From the sequence record NZ_CP137560.1: a stretch of 64,000 nucleotides of DNA, one strand, 5' to 3'. This stretch comes from a plasmid. Under the pieces are notes generated by a model. The model had not been told where the DNA came from and made no database searches. It saw only the letters and a program-made list of their open reading frames with translations. Of the stretch, positions 61,646 to 64,000 are shown piece by piece. Each line of letters opens with the position of its first letter. Position 1 is the first letter of the stretch. A program made the translations under genes and the position numbers.

Positions 61646-63982
61646 TTATGGACGATAATTCATGAATTGCAGTTGCCAAGCCCCACGGATAAAAACAAGG
61701 ATAGTAAACTGTCCTATCGTTCCCGAATAGAATCTATTGCCGGTATCGTATCTCGTCTGACCACCCCAATATATCGTATCGCCTTTAGGAGGAACGATAT
61801 ATACCCTTTTGTCATTACCTTGAATAATTATCAGCGTCTGACCATCAACAGGATTGGCAGGAAGTGTTAACGTCATATCAGAAGGATTTGTGCAAATAAC
61901 GATTCCGACGCCGTTTGATATTTGCTGAGTATCACTAATAATCTCTGTGTTCGGTGCTAACGCTCCTCGTATAGCGCCGTTTGTCTGTATAGCCGTTGGT
62001 GTACCCGAAAAACCCTTGGCAATAACATTTATAGCCAACGCAGGCGACTCTTGTTTACTCTGTTCAGAATAAATATACTGCACTGGTTCGTATTGGGTAT
62101 TATAATCATAATTTGTTGGAAGATTTACGTTGTTTACCGAACCTTTACAGACAATTCTTGCAGCATCTCCAAACCACACGGCATTAAAATAATTTAGAGT
62201 TGACTGATATGAAAACTCCGTACAGGACGCACCTACGCGAAAATAAGCAGTATTAGGTGAACCACCTCGGACAAATAACGGGCAATACTGAATACCAGTT
62301 ACAACAGTTGCACCATTATATTCTGTACACTCCGCTTGCATAATATCCCCCCAATTATCATCCTTTTTAATGCTCCATATTCCGATTTTGCTATCTCCTG
62401 TGACATTAAGCTTAGTAGCTGTAATCACCTGAGCATTGATACCTTTAGCTACGACGTCTCCTGCGTTGATGAATTTCGCATTGAGCTTTCCATTTTGAAA
62501 CATAGCAGCTTCGTCATAACCCTCTGAAGGATTGGCTTTCGGGGTTTTTACCTGTACTTTGTTTCCGTACAAGGTAACTTGGTCGCTCGTAATCTCTATA
62601 CCTGCTGCCTTCAGGCTCGCCTTATCCACAAGGTCACTTTTGCGCTCGGTGTATTCGGTAACAACCGCACCAGCTTCGAGCTTCGGCTGAGCAATGTAGC
62701 AGTTAGTTATAGGTGCATCACCTTCGCTGCTCTGTATCGTTCTGTTGAGTCTCAAAAGGACATACTTGTGCGAGCTGTCTGATGGTCGCCAATGTACCCA
62801 ATATTTTTTCCAATCGCTCGTCAGTTGGAAATTTGCTGCTCCATCTACTCTCGTAGCTGTTTCTCCTAAAGAGCTCTCAACGAATACGTCTGTCTCAGGG
62901 CTGTAGAAGTATGCTGTCAACTTACCAGTTCCCTTAGCCATGAACGAGAAAACGTAATCCTTGTTAGCCTCCAAGCCGAAAGGAACGAATCCCCCCGATT
63001 CTAATTTTCTCCATTCAAGAACATTATAATAGTAATCATTACCGACACTCTCAAACTCGCTGCCGTTGTACCTGTAGCATATTTCGGTATTACGTACACA
63101 GTATGTATCACCATACACGTTTCCCGAAGATGGGAGCTGGCTAAAGCTATTAACAGTTCCTTTCAGCACATAAGAGAACGACTTGTATATAGACGTGCTC
63201 TCGCCAAATCCTGCTGGAGTCAGCGAACCGTTAACATCGTATAGTGTACCCGACTTATCGAGCGACAATGTATTATCGAGCATGTTGCCACCTACGTAAT
63301 CGTAATCCTCTGTCGATAGCGTCCAGCCATTATAGGTATCGCCTTCCTCGACCATCGGGCGACAAATCCAAGCTTCAATACGACCATAATTGCCGTTGTT
63401 ATATTCAAAAAAGTTGAAGGCAATATAGTCATACTCCGCATCGGTTGTATCTATAATCGCCACGAATAATTCCCACTTATTCGCACTTTTGCAACGGAAA
63501 GAACTATTTGTGAGATATTTTGGACCTCCCATTCTTTGCGCGTTCGTCTGCTTGTCTGTATATAATGCTTCAAGGCAAAAGATTCCATTTGTGTCATTCG
63601 TCTTACAATAGCATGATATAACGTACTTCTTGCCCTTTGTTATCTTCACACTCTTACCTCCTTGCGAACCATCCCAGAAAGCGCCACAATAATGCGGTGT
63701 CCCATCCGTATCATCAATAATCTTGGCGCAGTTTGTACCCTGATAGCCAGAATTTATCTCGATACTTGCGGCATAGTTTAGAATACGATTATTATCATCA
63801 CGCAGGAACGCACTACCTATAAGTAGGTTTCTTCTGTCGATTATCTTCTCGCTTACCGAAAGTGAGATTTCCCTTGCGGTCTGCTCAAATTTCGACGTTG
63901 CGTCCTCCAGCTCGTCTTTAGTTGCAGCATTCTTTGACAATTCATCAAATTGTATCTTGTAGCTCTTATTATTAACAACCAC
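61646..63982 (-). CDS. Large tail-fibre-like / carbohydrate-binding structural protein (778 aa).
   Basis: Long Gly/Asn/Thr/Tyr-rich beta-type sequence with no enzymatic motifs, immediately upstream of the DGR target gene. Confidence 0.5.
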   Translation of the reverse strand: MVVNNKSYKIQFDELSKNAATKDELEDATSKFEQTAREISLSVSEKIIDRRNLLIGSAFLRDDNNRILNYAASIEINSGYQGTNCAKIIDDTDGTPHYCGAFWDGSQGGKSVKITKGKKYVISCYCKTNDTNGIFCLEALYTDKQTNAQRMGGPKYLTNSSFRCKSANKWELFVAIIDTTDAEYDYIAFNFFEYNNGNYGRIEAWICRPMVEEGDTYNGWTLSTEDYDYVGGNMLDNTLSLDKSGTLYDVNGSLTPAGFGESTSIYKSFSYVLKGTVNSFSQLPSSGNVYGDTYCVRNTEICYRYNGSEFESVGNDYYYNVLEWRKLESGGFVPFGLEANKDYVFSFMAKGTGKLTAYFYSPETDVFVESSLGETATRVDGAANFQLTSDWKKYWVHWRPSDSSHKYVLLRLNRTIQSSEGDAPITNCYIAQPKLEAGAVVTEYTERKSDLVDKASLKAAGIEITSDQVTLYGNKVQVKTPKANPSEGYDEAAMFQNGKLNAKFINAGDVVAKGINAQVITATKLNVTGDSKIGIWSIKKDDNWGDIMQAECTEYNGATVVTGIQYCPLFVRGGSPNTAYFRVGASCTEFSYQSTLNYFNAVWFGDAARIVCKGSVNNVNLPTNYDYNTQYEPVQYIYSEQSKQESPALAINVIAKGFSGTPTAIQTNGAIRGALAPNTEIISDTQQISNGVGIVICTNPSDMTLTLPANPVDGQTLIIIQGNDKRVYIVPPKGDTIYWGGQTRYDTGNRFYSGTIGQFTILVFIRGAWQLQFMNYRP

Positions 63983-64000
63983 AGAACCCGTAAACTTCGC

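Overview
This is an AT-rich, mosaic accessory region from a Bacteroidales-type replicon; TAnnTTTG-type promoter motifs and Bacteroides-like HTH, ParA and IS4 genes support that assignment. From left to right it contains the following.

(1) A rearranged locus at 0–7.5 kb. Two 375-bp direct repeats bracket a truncated copy of a HAD hydrolase gene, a tRNA-His(GUG)-like gene carrying a 50-nt insertion in its anticodon loop, and a 752-aa zinc-ribbon protein. A DnaQ-like exonuclease gene and two HAD-IA hydrolase genes sit next to it.

(2) Decayed remnants of a mobilizable element at 8.5–10.3 kb: an HTH fragment, Toprim fragments and an acetyltransferase fragment.

(3) A plasmid-like maintenance module at 10–20.5 kb. 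It comprises an orphan FtsZ paralogue, a cupin, a DUF3408-like gene, a ParA ATPase, and a 2.5-kb ORF-free region saturated with 'CRTATTTAC' motifs. These are followed by a Rep initiator gene and a 2.4-kb region of 22-bp 'TTTCGTAGAT' iterons arranged as two tandem arrays plus dispersed copies.

(4) A defence/mobile island at 21–35.5 kb: a 1317-aa AlbA_2/Schlafen-like giant protein, DnaB, an SprT-like protein, a DUF559 nuclease, an IS4-family insertion sequence, a tandem DUF262-DUF1524 plus DUF262 pair, and a GNAT-like protein.

(5) A region at 36–47 kb resembling the leading region of a conjugative plasmid: two giant proteins with ArdC-N (DUF1738)-like domains, an SSB-like protein, and a glucosaminidase plus M23 hydrolase.

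(6) A phage-like module at 47.5–64 kb: M23 peptidase, an Amidase_2 endolysin, a membrane protein, and a complete diversity-generating retroelement (DGR), followed by a tail-fibre-like gene. The DGR comprises a reverse transcriptase, a template repeat (TR), Avd, and a variable repeat (VR) at the C-terminus of a 585-aa target gene; all six TR/VR mismatches fall at template adenines.

Overall the window looks like a phage-plasmid or composite episome. Product assignments are motif-based readings of the supplied translations; no database search was possible.
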